64,000 bases of DNA from Myxococcota bacterium (GTDB taxonomy: Bacteria; Myxococcota_A; UBA9160; JAFDDA01): the NCBI GenBank assembly GCA_965228475.1, contig OZ245817.1, positions 2,516,209 through 2,580,208 on the forward strand, given 5' to 3'. Below are positions 55,059 through 62,734 of the stretch, piece after piece. Both the position numbers and the translations under genes were made by a program. The notes under the pieces are model-generated. The model saw only the letters and a program-made list of their open reading frames with translations, made no database searches and was not told where the DNA came from. Within the stretch, counting starts at the first letter, position 1, and every line of letters starts with the position of its first letter.

Positions 55059-57944
55059 ATGCGTCACGCTTCAGTCCGTTTTCACGTCGCCCTGCTCTGC
55101 GCCGTCCTCGCCGGCTCGCTCCAGACGGGCGCCGGCTGCAACGAGAACCCGCGCCCGGCGGTCGGGAGCCAGCTCTTCACGAGCCCCCAGACCAACCCCA
55201 TCGCGCTCTCGAGCGACGGCCAGGTCGTCTACGTGGCGAACACCACGGCCGGCAACGTGACCCTGATCGATGCCAACCCGCCCCACGCCCGGCTCGGCGT
55301 GATCCGCGTCGGCATGGACCCGGTCGGCATCGCCGTCAAGCCGAAGGCGCTCCCGACGGACGACGAGATCCTGCTCGTCACGAACCACATCTCGGACACG
55401 ATCTCCGTCGTGAACGTGAACCTCGGCCAGGTCGTGCAGACCCTCCAGGAGCTCGACGGCAACGACGTCAGCCAGACCGACGAGCCCGTCGGCGTGGCCT
55501 TCGACGGGCCGACCCGCGCCTTCGTCACTCTCGACCACCCGAACCAGGTGATCGGCATCGAGTTCGACGGCTCGGGCAACGCCACGATCTCCGAGGACCG
55601 CGCCACCCTCACCGCCCAGGCACCGCGGGCCATCGCCGTCTCGAACGGCCGTGTGTACGTGGCGGCCTTCGAGTCCGGGAACCAGAGCGAGTTCACCTCC
55701 TGCGGCGCGGGCGGCGGCCCGCCCTACGACCCGAACGGCAACGGCGGCGAGGGCACGGGCTGCGAGTTCCCGCTCAACTTCACCAACCTGCTCGCCTTCG
55801 CGACGAACCCGAACATCGGCGGCGAGGTCGTCCACAACGGCCTCCTCCCGGACCGGGACCTGTTCGTCTACGACGCGCTCGACTTCTTCGACGCCAACGG
55901 CTCGAGCCAGGCCGTCACGCCCGACGACGTGGTCGAGGGGCTCGGCACGCTGCTCTACGGCGCGACGGCGGTCGGCGACACGCTCTACCTCACGAACACC
56001 GACGCGCGGAACAAGCTCGACGGACTCAGCGCCCTCGGCAACCGGATGTTCGAGAACCGGCTCGCGATCGTCTCCTGCCCGGGCGGGAGCTGTGGCGCGC
56101 CGAGCCTCGTCGACCTCGAATCCGGCGGGGCGAACCCCTTCGGCGTGCCCGTCCCGACGCCCTACGGCATCCGCGCGGCCGACGACGGACTCGTGCTCGT
56201 CGCGAGCGTCGCCGGCTCCGACGGCGAGCCGGCGGACCTCGGCGACCCGAGCACCGTCAACGTGGACATTCCCGGCCTCGTGACGCTCGACGCGGCCGGG
56301 AACGTCCTCGGCCACGTCCAGACCGGAGCGATTCCCCAGGGCGTCGCCCTGCGCTCGGACGGCGGCGGCGCCGCCGAGACCGCCTACGTCCTGAACACGG
56401 TCGATTCGACGCTCTCCGTGGTGGACGTCTCGAACCCGGCCGCGCCCACGGTCACCGCCACGGTCTCCGCCGGCTTCGACCCGACGCCCGCCGTCGTCCG
56501 CGAGGGCCGCATCGCCTTCAGCTCGGCGCGGGCCTCGACCGGCGGCACGTTCTCCTGCGAGTCCTGCCACCCGAGCGGCAACATCGATCAGATCGCCTGG
56601 ACCATCAATTCGGACCTCGGGCCCCAGGATTCCTGCGGCGGCTCCATCGCCTGCCCCGAGCCGCGGTCGACCATGCCGATCCGCGGCCTGCGCGACACCC
56701 TCCCGCTGCACTGGGTCGGAAACCTCGCCGACCCGTTCCCGGGCGTCGGCGTCGGCGGCCCGGAAGATCCGGTCGCACCGGACTGCGACCTCCTCGTCGA
56801 CGGCGAGACCGGCTGCATCCGCCACCTCGTGAACGCGAGCCTCTCGGGCGTCATGTGCGACCAGAGCGGCGGCTGCGCGAACGGCCCCTCGGGCCTCGCC
56901 GGCGCGCTCACCGACACCGAACGCGACGCCATGGCCGAGTTCCTGGCAGCGGTCGCCTTCCCGCCCGGCCCGGCGCGGCGGGTCGACGACGTCCTCTCCG
57001 CCTCCGCGGACGCCGGCGTCGACGACTTCTTCCTCGACAACGGCGGCCTCGGCGGGATGGTCGGCGCCTTCGCGGCAACGTGTTCGAGCGACGAAGGCGG
57101 GTGCCACGCCCTGCCCCTCACGGTCTCGACGAACTCGGCGGTGGTCGGCGGCTTTGACGCGCCTTCGATCCGCGGCCTCTGGGACCGCCACATCACCTTC
57201 TCGAACGGCTTCACGAGCTCCCAGGACCACCTGCTCGAGCAGGGCTTCGACCCGGCCCCGGGCGGCATGAGCGAGCTCGGCTCGCTCTCGGCGACCTTCC
57301 CCAGCCTGTTCACGATCGCCTACGGCGTGCCCGTCACGAACATCTGGGCGCTGATCAACGAGATGAGCGTCGGACTCCCGGGCGCCACGGGCCGCCAGCT
57401 CGACCTGACGCCCACCAACTCGGGCGACGCCACGGTCGGGAGCCGGCTCGCCCAGATCGAAGCCGTCGCCGGTGAGGGCCGCGTCACGGCCACCGCTGAG
57501 GGCCTCGGCGTCAGCTACCACTACGAGCCGACGGCGAGCGCCTGGCGCCCGACCCAGGGCCCCGACGTCAGCGGCACGGACCTGCGGAACCTCGCGGTGA
57601 CCAACGGCCGGACGATCCTGGTGACGGCGCGCCTGCCCGAGGGCATGTCGATCGGCGGCGCGGACCGGCAGCCCCTGCTCTCGGCGGACGACCGGCCGAA
57701 CGTCACGGGCGGGAGCCCGTCGATGGTCGTGATCGAACAGTACGTCGACCCGGCGGCCACGATCCTGGTCGACGGCGTCCTCTGCGGCGGCTGCTCCCTG
57801 GCCCTCGGCGGCGGGAACGCGACCATCACGTTCTCGCCCCTGCCGAGCAACGGGCTCCACGTGGTGCAGGTCCACAACCCGAACAGCTACGCGAGCAACG
57901 AGTTCCCGTTCTGCGTCAACGGAGGCTGCAACACCGGCTTCTAG
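55059..57944 (+). CDS. Lipoprotein fusing YVTN-type beta-propeller repeats to a di-haem cytochrome-c-peroxidase/MauG-like region (961 aa)
   Basis: Signal/lipobox ...LAGSLQTGAGC. Propeller repeats include DGQVVYVANTTAGNVTLID and LLVTNHISDTISVVNV. GRIAFSSARASTGGTFSCESCHPSG carries a CxxCH motif, and the R-x-x-P-I-RGL and FDAPSIRGLWDR contexts resemble the CCP family. Confidence 0.8.
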   Translation: MRHASVRFHVALLCAVLAGSLQTGAGCNENPRPAVGSQLFTSPQTNPIALSSDGQVVYVANTTAGNVTLIDANPPHARLGVIRVGMDPVGIAVKPKALPTDDEILLVTNHISDTISVVNVNLGQVVQTLQELDGNDVSQTDEPVGVAFDGPTRAFVTLDHPNQVIGIEFDGSGNATISEDRATLTAQAPRAIAVSNGRVYVAAFESGNQSEFTSCGAGGGPPYDPNGNGGEGTGCEFPLNFTNLLAFATNPNIGGEVVHNGLLPDRDLFVYDALDFFDANGSSQAVTPDDVVEGLGTLLYGATAVGDTLYLTNTDARNKLDGLSALGNRMFENRLAIVSCPGGSCGAPSLVDLESGGANPFGVPVPTPYGIRAADDGLVLVASVAGSDGEPADLGDPSTVNVDIPGLVTLDAAGNVLGHVQTGAIPQGVALRSDGGGAAETAYVLNTVDSTLSVVDVSNPAAPTVTATVSAGFDPTPAVVREGRIAFSSARASTGGTFSCESCHPSGNIDQIAWTINSDLGPQDSCGGSIACPEPRSTMPIRGLRDTLPLHWVGNLADPFPGVGVGGPEDPVAPDCDLLVDGETGCIRHLVNASLSGVMCDQSGGCANGPSGLAGALTDTERDAMAEFLAAVAFPPGPARRVDDVLSASADAGVDDFFLDNGGLGGMVGAFAATCSSDEGGCHALPLTVSTNSAVVGGFDAPSIRGLWDRHITFSNGFTSSQDHLLEQGFDPAPGGMSELGSLSATFPSLFTIAYGVPVTNIWALINEMSVGLPGATGRQLDLTPTNSGDATVGSRLAQIEAVAGEGRVTATAEGLGVSYHYEPTASAWRPTQGPDVSGTDLRNLAVTNGRTILVTARLPEGMSIGGADRQPLLSADDRPNVTGGSPSMVVIEQYVDPAATILVDGVLCGGCSLALGGGNATITFSPLPSNGLHVVQVHNPNSYASNEFPFCVNGGCNTGF

Positions 57945-57965
57945 CGAGGCGGAGGGCGGGCGCGC

Positions 57966-58913
57966 CTAGTGCTCGTGCTTCCAGCCCTGGGCGAGCTCCA
58001 TCATCCCGCGGAAGAGTTCGCCGGTGTCGAACTCGGCGTCCCAGGGCTCGCCTGCGAACTCCCGATAGGCGCGGGCGACGTTGAAGTAGAGCCGCTCGGG
58101 TTCGGTCCAGTCCGCGTAGGGTCCGAGGTCGATCTTCTTGGCCGCCTCGAGTGCGGTCAGGCCCGCCTCCCGGAAGCGCTCGCTCTCGTTCCGCACGTAC
58201 TCGAGGTAGGCCTTCATCTCCTTCGGCCCCTCGTCTCCGCACAGGGGCCCGTGTCCGGGCACGATGGTCTCGGCACCGAGCTCGACGATCGTGTCGAGCG
58301 CCCGGCCCCACTGGGCGAAGGTCCCCTCCCAGCCGATCGGCGTGCACAGGCGGAAGAGCACGTCCCCCGCGAAGACCACGCCTTCCTCGGGCAGGTGGAC
58401 GATCACGTCTCCGGCCGTATGGGCGGGCCCGACGTAGAGGATCCGGGCCGCGACCCCGTCGAGATCGAGGTCGAGCCGGTCCTCGACGACCGTGGTCGGG
58501 GGCGTGAGCGCGATGCCCGTGAAGTCCCAGTCCGCGAGCCGCCGCGCCAGGGAGGCCGCGCCGGGCGGTGCGTCGGGCCGCGCGGCGAGGCCCTTCAGGG
58601 CCTGGAGCCCCTCGGGCGAGCCGTCCGCCTCGAAGCGGTCGCGGCACTCGCGGTGGCCGATGATCTCGGCACCCTCGAAGAGCTGGTTCCCCCAGCAGTG
58701 GTCGCCGTTGTGGTGGGTGTTCACGACCCTGCGCGCCGGGCCCGGCCAGACTCCGGCGTAGGTCTCGATCAGGCGACGGGTGTGCGGGAGGTCCCAGAAC
58801 GTGTCGACGACGAGCCCTCCCCCGCGGTTCACGAGGCCGGAGTTGCTATAACCCAGGCCGCGATCCTCTTGGAGGCACGCGTAGACGTCTCGCGCGAGAG
58901 GTCGAAGCTCCAT
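57966..58913 (-). CDS. MBL-fold metallo-hydrolase
   Basis: VVNTHHNGDHCWGN (HxHxDH motif) and PGHGPL are present. Confidence 0.85.
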   Translation of the reverse strand: MELRPLARDVYACLQEDRGLGYSNSGLVNRGGGLVVDTFWDLPHTRRLIETYAGVWPGPARRVVNTHHNGDHCWGNQLFEGAEIIGHRECRDRFEADGSPEGLQALKGLAARPDAPPGAASLARRLADWDFTGIALTPPTTVVEDRLDLDLDGVAARILYVGPAHTAGDVIVHLPEEGVVFAGDVLFRLCTPIGWEGTFAQWGRALDTIVELGAETIVPGHGPLCGDEGPKEMKAYLEYVRNESERFREAGLTALEAAKKIDLGPYADWTEPERLYFNVARAYREFAGEPWDAEFDTGELFRGMMELAQGWKHEH

Positions 58914-58919
58914 GGGGAC

Positions 58920-58925
58920 ATCCTA
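58920..58925 (-). promoter_or_regulatory. -10-like TAGGAT, 6 nt upstream of the MBL hydrolase ATG; no SD
   Basis: The minus strand reads TAGGAT gtcccc ATG (ATG at 58913). Confidence 0.35.
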
Positions 58926-58955
58926 GACCGACCGCGCCGCCCACGGACCGCCAAA

Positions 58956-58972
58956 TGCGCACGGAGTGCGCA
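58956..58972. promoter_or_regulatory. Perfect 7-3-7 palindrome TGCGCAC gga GTGCGCA upstream of serC
   Basis: It lies 12 nt upstream of ATG 58984 in the divergent MBL/serC spacer. It could be an operator or a small hairpin. Confidence 0.35.
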
Positions 58973-58983
58973 CAGGAAACGGA

Positions 58984-60126
58984 ATGAAGCCCGCCGACCG
59001 ACCGCTGAACCCGAACTTCTCCTCCGGCCCCTGCGCCAAGCGCCCGGGCTGGTCCCTCGACGCCCTCTCGGACGCGTGCCTCGGCCGCTCCCACCGCGGC
59101 AAGCCCGGCAAGGCCAAGCTCGCCGAGGCCATCGAACGCCAGCGCGAGATCCTCGGCATCCCCGCGGACTGGCGCGTCGGCATCGTCCCCGGCTCGGACA
59201 CCGGCGCCTTCGAGATGGCGATGTGGTCGCTGCTCGGGCCGCGCGGGGTCGACGTGCTCGCCTGGGAGAGCTTCGGCAAAGGCTGGGCGACGGATGCCAC
59301 GAAGCAGCTCCCGCTCGACTCCCCGCGCGTCCTCGAAGCGGACTACGGCCAGCTGCCGGACCTCGGCAGCGTCGATTTCTCGCGCGACGTGCTCTTCACC
59401 TGGAACGGCACGACCTCGGGCGTCTGCGTCCCGGACGGCGACTGGATCCCGGCGGACCGCACGGGCCTCACGCTCTGCGATGCGACCTCGGCGGTGTTCG
59501 CCATGGACCTGCCCTGGGAGAAGCTCGATGCGGTGACGTGGTCCTGGCAGAAGGTGCTCGGGGGCGAGGCCGCCCACGGCATGCTCGTGCTCTCGCCGCG
59601 CGCCGTCGAGCGGCTCGAGACCTACACGCCGCCATGGCCGATGCCGAAGATCTTCCGCCTGACCAAGGGCGGAAAGCTGATCGACGGCATCTTCACCGGC
59701 GCGACGATCAACACGCCGTCGCTCCTGTGCGTGGAAGACGCCCTCGACGCCCTGCGCTGGGTCGAGTCCATCGGCGGCCGCGCGGCCGCCGAGAAGCGCT
59801 CGCGCGAGAACCTCGCGGTGCTCGAACGCTGGGTCGCGCAAACGCCCTGGGTCGATTTCCTCGCCGGCGACCCGGCCACGCGCTCGCGCACGTCGGTCTG
59901 CTTCACGATCGCGGACCCGGAGTGCAAGGACCCGGCGGAAGCCGCGAAGGCCGTGAAGACCCTGCTCGAGCAGGAAGGCGTCGCCTTCGACATCGGCGCC
60001 TACCGCGACGCCCCGCCCGGCCTGCGCATCTGGTGCGGCGCGACGGTCGAGGCCCGAGACCTCGAGGCCCTCACGCCGTGGCTCGACTGGGCCTACGCAG
60101 AAGCCAAGACCCAGCTTCAGGGCTAG
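58984..60126 (+). CDS. serC: Phosphoserine aminotransferase (long, actinobacterial-type SerC)
   Basis: [42 protein letters not shown] and [22 protein letters not shown] are present. Confidence 0.85.
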   Translation: MKPADRPLNPNFSSGPCAKRPGWSLDALSDACLGRSHRGKPGKAKLAEAIERQREILGIPADWRVGIVPGSDTGAFEMAMWSLLGPRGVDVLAWESFGKGWATDATKQLPLDSPRVLEADYGQLPDLGSVDFSRDVLFTWNGTTSGVCVPDGDWIPADRTGLTLCDATSAVFAMDLPWEKLDAVTWSWQKVLGGEAAHGMLVLSPRAVERLETYTPPWPMPKIFRLTKGGKLIDGIFTGATINTPSLLCVEDALDALRWVESIGGRAAAEKRSRENLAVLERWVAQTPWVDFLAGDPATRSRTSVCFTIADPECKDPAEAAKAVKTLLEQEGVAFDIGAYRDAPPGLRIWCGATVEARDLEALTPWLDWAYAEAKTQLQG

Positions 60127-60129
60127 CCG

Positions 60130-62055
60130 CTAAGCCGTTGGTTCGGTGTCGTTTTCCGGATCGGCGCCGGAGGCGGCGACGGGCTCCTCGCCGGGGGCCC
60201 AGCCGATCCGCGCGAGCGCCGTCAGCGCGTCGTTCGCCTCGGGCTTGTGGAGCGCCACCAGGGCGCCGTCGCCCATGCGCGGCGCGACGCCGGCGTGCAT
60301 GACCTGCCAGGCGTTGCCGCGGCGCAGCGCGAGGATCACGTAGGGGTCGACCTCGCGCGGGCTGCGCAGACCTTCGGCATCGGCCGCCGAGGGGGGCTCC
60401 GTGCCTTCGGGCAGGCCGACCCAGTGGAAGTCCCGGATCTCGGCGCTCGCGTGGCGGAAGCGCACGTTCCAGCGCTCGACGTCCTTCGGCCCGTCGAAGA
60501 GCATGTGCGTCCCCTGCTTCTCGAGCAGCGAGGGCGTCATGCCCGCGGTCACCCGGTTGATGGCCGCGAAGGTGTTCGGCACGCCGAAGTCCTCGCGGGC
60601 CTCCCGGGCGAACAGGCTGTTCACCTCGTCGTTGGCCGTGAGGCCGACCACCGCCTTGGCCTGACCGAGCCTCGCCCGCGCGAGCACGGTGGCCTGGAGT
60701 GCGTTGCCGAACACGACGGGGAAGTTCTCGTCCTGGGCTGCACGGCAGTGGCCGGGGTTCGAGTCCACGAAGCCGACCGGGACCGTCTCGTCCCGGAGCG
60801 CCTTGCCGAAGGCGATCCCGAAATCCTCGGCGCCGAGGATCACGACACCGTCCCGCGGCGGCGCCCGCACCGCGAGGATGCGCGCCACCAGCGGCGCCGT
60901 CGTGCCCTGGGCGAGTACCGTCACCGCGATCGTCAGGAAGACCAGGGCCCGGAGCTGGGCTCCGCCCTCCGCCCCGTTGGCCTCGAGCGCCGCCGCGAAG
61001 ATCGAGGCGATCGCCGCGGCCACGATGCCTCGGGGCGCCATCCACGAGAGGAACGCCCGCTCCCGCAAGGTCAGCTCGGTCCCGAGCGTCGAGACCGCCA
61101 CGCACAGCGGGCGCACGAGGAAGACGAGCGCACCGACGGTCCACAGGCCCGGCCAGCCGAGGGCCATGACGTCGGCCACGCGCACGTCGGCGGCGAGCAG
61201 GACGAACAGCAGCGCGATCAACGCGAGGGTCAGGTGGTCGTTGAACTCGCGCAGCTCCCGCGCGACGCCGGCGCCCGAGTTGCCGACCACCACGCCGGCC
61301 AGGGTCACGGCGAGGATGCCGCTCTCGGGCACCTGGGCGTCGCAGAGCGCCGAGAGCGCGAGGACCAGGCCGAGCGTCACGACGTTCTCGAGCCCTTCGG
61401 GCACGAGGCGCGGTACGCGCAGGAGGAGCGCCAGGAAGCCGCCGCCGAGCAGCCCCGCCGCCGCGCCGAAGGCCAGGCGCTCGGCCAGGTGCGTCAGGCC
61501 GACCGAGAGGATCCCGCTCGCGCCGGCCTCGAGCACGACCGTCAGGGCGACCGCGGCGACGATCGCGCCGATCGGGTCGATCAGGACGCCTTCGGCCTCG
61601 AGCACCGTGGCAACGCGCGGCGAGAGCCGGACGTTCTGGAGGATCGGGCGCACCACCGTGGGGCCGGTCACGATGACGAGGGTCCCGAACAGGATCGACT
61701 GCCCCCAGGACCAGCCCATCCAGGTGTGTGCCGCGAGCGTGCCGCCCGCCGCCGTCACGACCGCCCCCGTCGTCACGAGCATGCGGATCGAGCGGGCCTC
61801 GCGCCGCAGGCGGCGGATCTCGAGGTTCATGGCGCCCTCGAAGAGGATCACCGCGACGGCCAGGGTCACGAGGCCGACGAGCCCCTCGCCGAGCAGCTCG
61901 GGCTTGATCCAGCCGAGGCCGTCGGGGCCGAGGGCCACGCCGGTCGCCAGGAGCGGGACGATGCTCGGAAGCCGGAGATGCCGCGCCAGCGCCTGGGCGA
62001 TGACGCCGGCACCGAGCGCCAGGGCGATGACGAAGGTCGGGCCGAGCTCGTGCAC
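60130..62055 (-). CDS. Cation:proton antiporter (CPA family) with C-terminal RCK/TrkA-type domains
   Basis: About 12 TM helices (LPSIVPLLATGVALGPDGLG..., ILFEGAMNL), then VVILGAEDFGIAFGKAL (a Rossmann-like TrkA-N motif) and a C-terminal TrkA-C-like part. GTG start at 62055. Confidence 0.85.
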   Translation of the reverse strand: MHELGPTFVIALALGAGVIAQALARHLRLPSIVPLLATGVALGPDGLGWIKPELLGEGLVGLVTLAVAVILFEGAMNLEIRRLRREARSIRMLVTTGAVVTAAGGTLAAHTWMGWSWGQSILFGTLVIVTGPTVVRPILQNVRLSPRVATVLEAEGVLIDPIGAIVAAVALTVVLEAGASGILSVGLTHLAERLAFGAAAGLLGGGFLALLLRVPRLVPEGLENVVTLGLVLALSALCDAQVPESGILAVTLAGVVVGNSGAGVARELREFNDHLTLALIALLFVLLAADVRVADVMALGWPGLWTVGALVFLVRPLCVAVSTLGTELTLRERAFLSWMAPRGIVAAAIASIFAAALEANGAEGGAQLRALVFLTIAVTVLAQGTTAPLVARILAVRAPPRDGVVILGAEDFGIAFGKALRDETVPVGFVDSNPGHCRAAQDENFPVVFGNALQATVLARARLGQAKAVVGLTANDEVNSLFAREAREDFGVPNTFAAINRVTAGMTPSLLEKQGTHMLFDGPKDVERWNVRFRHASAEIRDFHWVGLPEGTEPPSAADAEGLRSPREVDPYVILALRRGNAWQVMHAGVAPRMGDGALVALHKPEANDALTALARIGWAPGEEPVAASGADPENDTEPTA

Positions 62056-62061
62056 CGGGAG

Positions 62062-62067
62062 ACGCTA
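62062..62067 (-). promoter_or_regulatory. -10-like TAGCGT, 6 nt upstream of the antiporter GTG; no SD
   Basis: The minus strand reads TAGCGT ctcccg GTG (GTG at 62055). Confidence 0.3.
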
Positions 62068-62138
62068 AGCAACCCTCCGCGGCTTGACCAGCGCGGAAGA
62101 CGATTCCCGCGACCCCGCCGGGCGGGTTTCGGCCCGCC

Positions 62139-62726
62139 CTAGCTCGAGAGCTTCTCCTCGAGGAAGTCGAGGCGGTCGTTGCCGAAGAACATCTCGCCCT
62201 CGACGTAGAAGGTCGGCGCCCCGAAGGCGCCCCGCTCGACCGCTTCCTCGGCGTTGGCCTTGAGCTGGTTCTTCACGTCCTCCTCGCCGATCCGCGCGAG
62301 GATCCCGTCCGCATCGAGACCGGCCGAGCGCAGGACGTTTCCGAGCACCTCGGCGTCGCCGACGTTCTGCTCTTCCTGCCACATGGCGCGGAACATCGCC
62401 GCGTGGAAGTCCGGGAAGACGCCCTGCTCGAGGGCCACCAGGGCCGCTCGCATGGGCTTCACGGTCATCACCGGGAAGTGCGGGTTGAACTTGATCTCGA
62501 CGCCGTAGCGCTGACACCAGCGGGCGATGTCCACGAACATGTACTTGCCCTTGGCGGGCACCGTGGCCGGCGGGCTGTTCCCCGAGGCCTGCATCACGCC
62601 CCCGAGGAAGAACGGGCGGTAGACGAGCTCCGCCCCGGTGCGTGCGACGAGCGCCGGCACCTGGCTGTCGGCCAGGTACGAGAAGGGACTCACGTAGTCG
62701 AAGAAGTACTCGAGTTTCTTGCCCAT
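62139..62726 (-). CDS. 2-hydroxychromene-2-carboxylate isomerase / DsbA-like protein (second paralogue in the window)
   Basis: MGKKLEYFFDYVSPFSYLA and GAFGAPTFYVEGEMFFGNDRLDFLEEKL are present. SD GGAG. The upstream part of the 418-aa track ORF is Arg/Pro-rich and was rejected. Confidence 0.8.
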   Translation of the reverse strand: MGKKLEYFFDYVSPFSYLADSQVPALVARTGAELVYRPFFLGGVMQASGNSPPATVPAKGKYMFVDIARWCQRYGVEIKFNPHFPVMTVKPMRAALVALEQGVFPDFHAAMFRAMWQEEQNVGDAEVLGNVLRSAGLDADGILARIGEEDVKNQLKANAEEAVERGAFGAPTFYVEGEMFFGNDRLDFLEEKLSS

Positions 62727-62734
62727 GGTGCTCC

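Noticed and set aside
52577-57875. 1526-aa (+) and 934-aa (-) ORFs, and the upstream 930 codons of ORF 51693-55067 (-)
   Set aside because: These are shadow frames of the TPR and propeller/peroxidase genes with Arg/Gly/Pro-rich translations. Only the last 192 codons of 51693-55067 (the YfiR-like gene) are credible.
16553-62726. Two DsbA-like 2-hydroxychromene-2-carboxylate isomerase paralogues (16553-17212 and 62139-62726) as a possible segmental duplication
   Set aside because: The two proteins share only family-level motifs (…SPYSYLA…/…SPFSYLA…, …FFGQDR…/…FFGNDR…), and their flanks are unrelated. These are ordinary paralogues.
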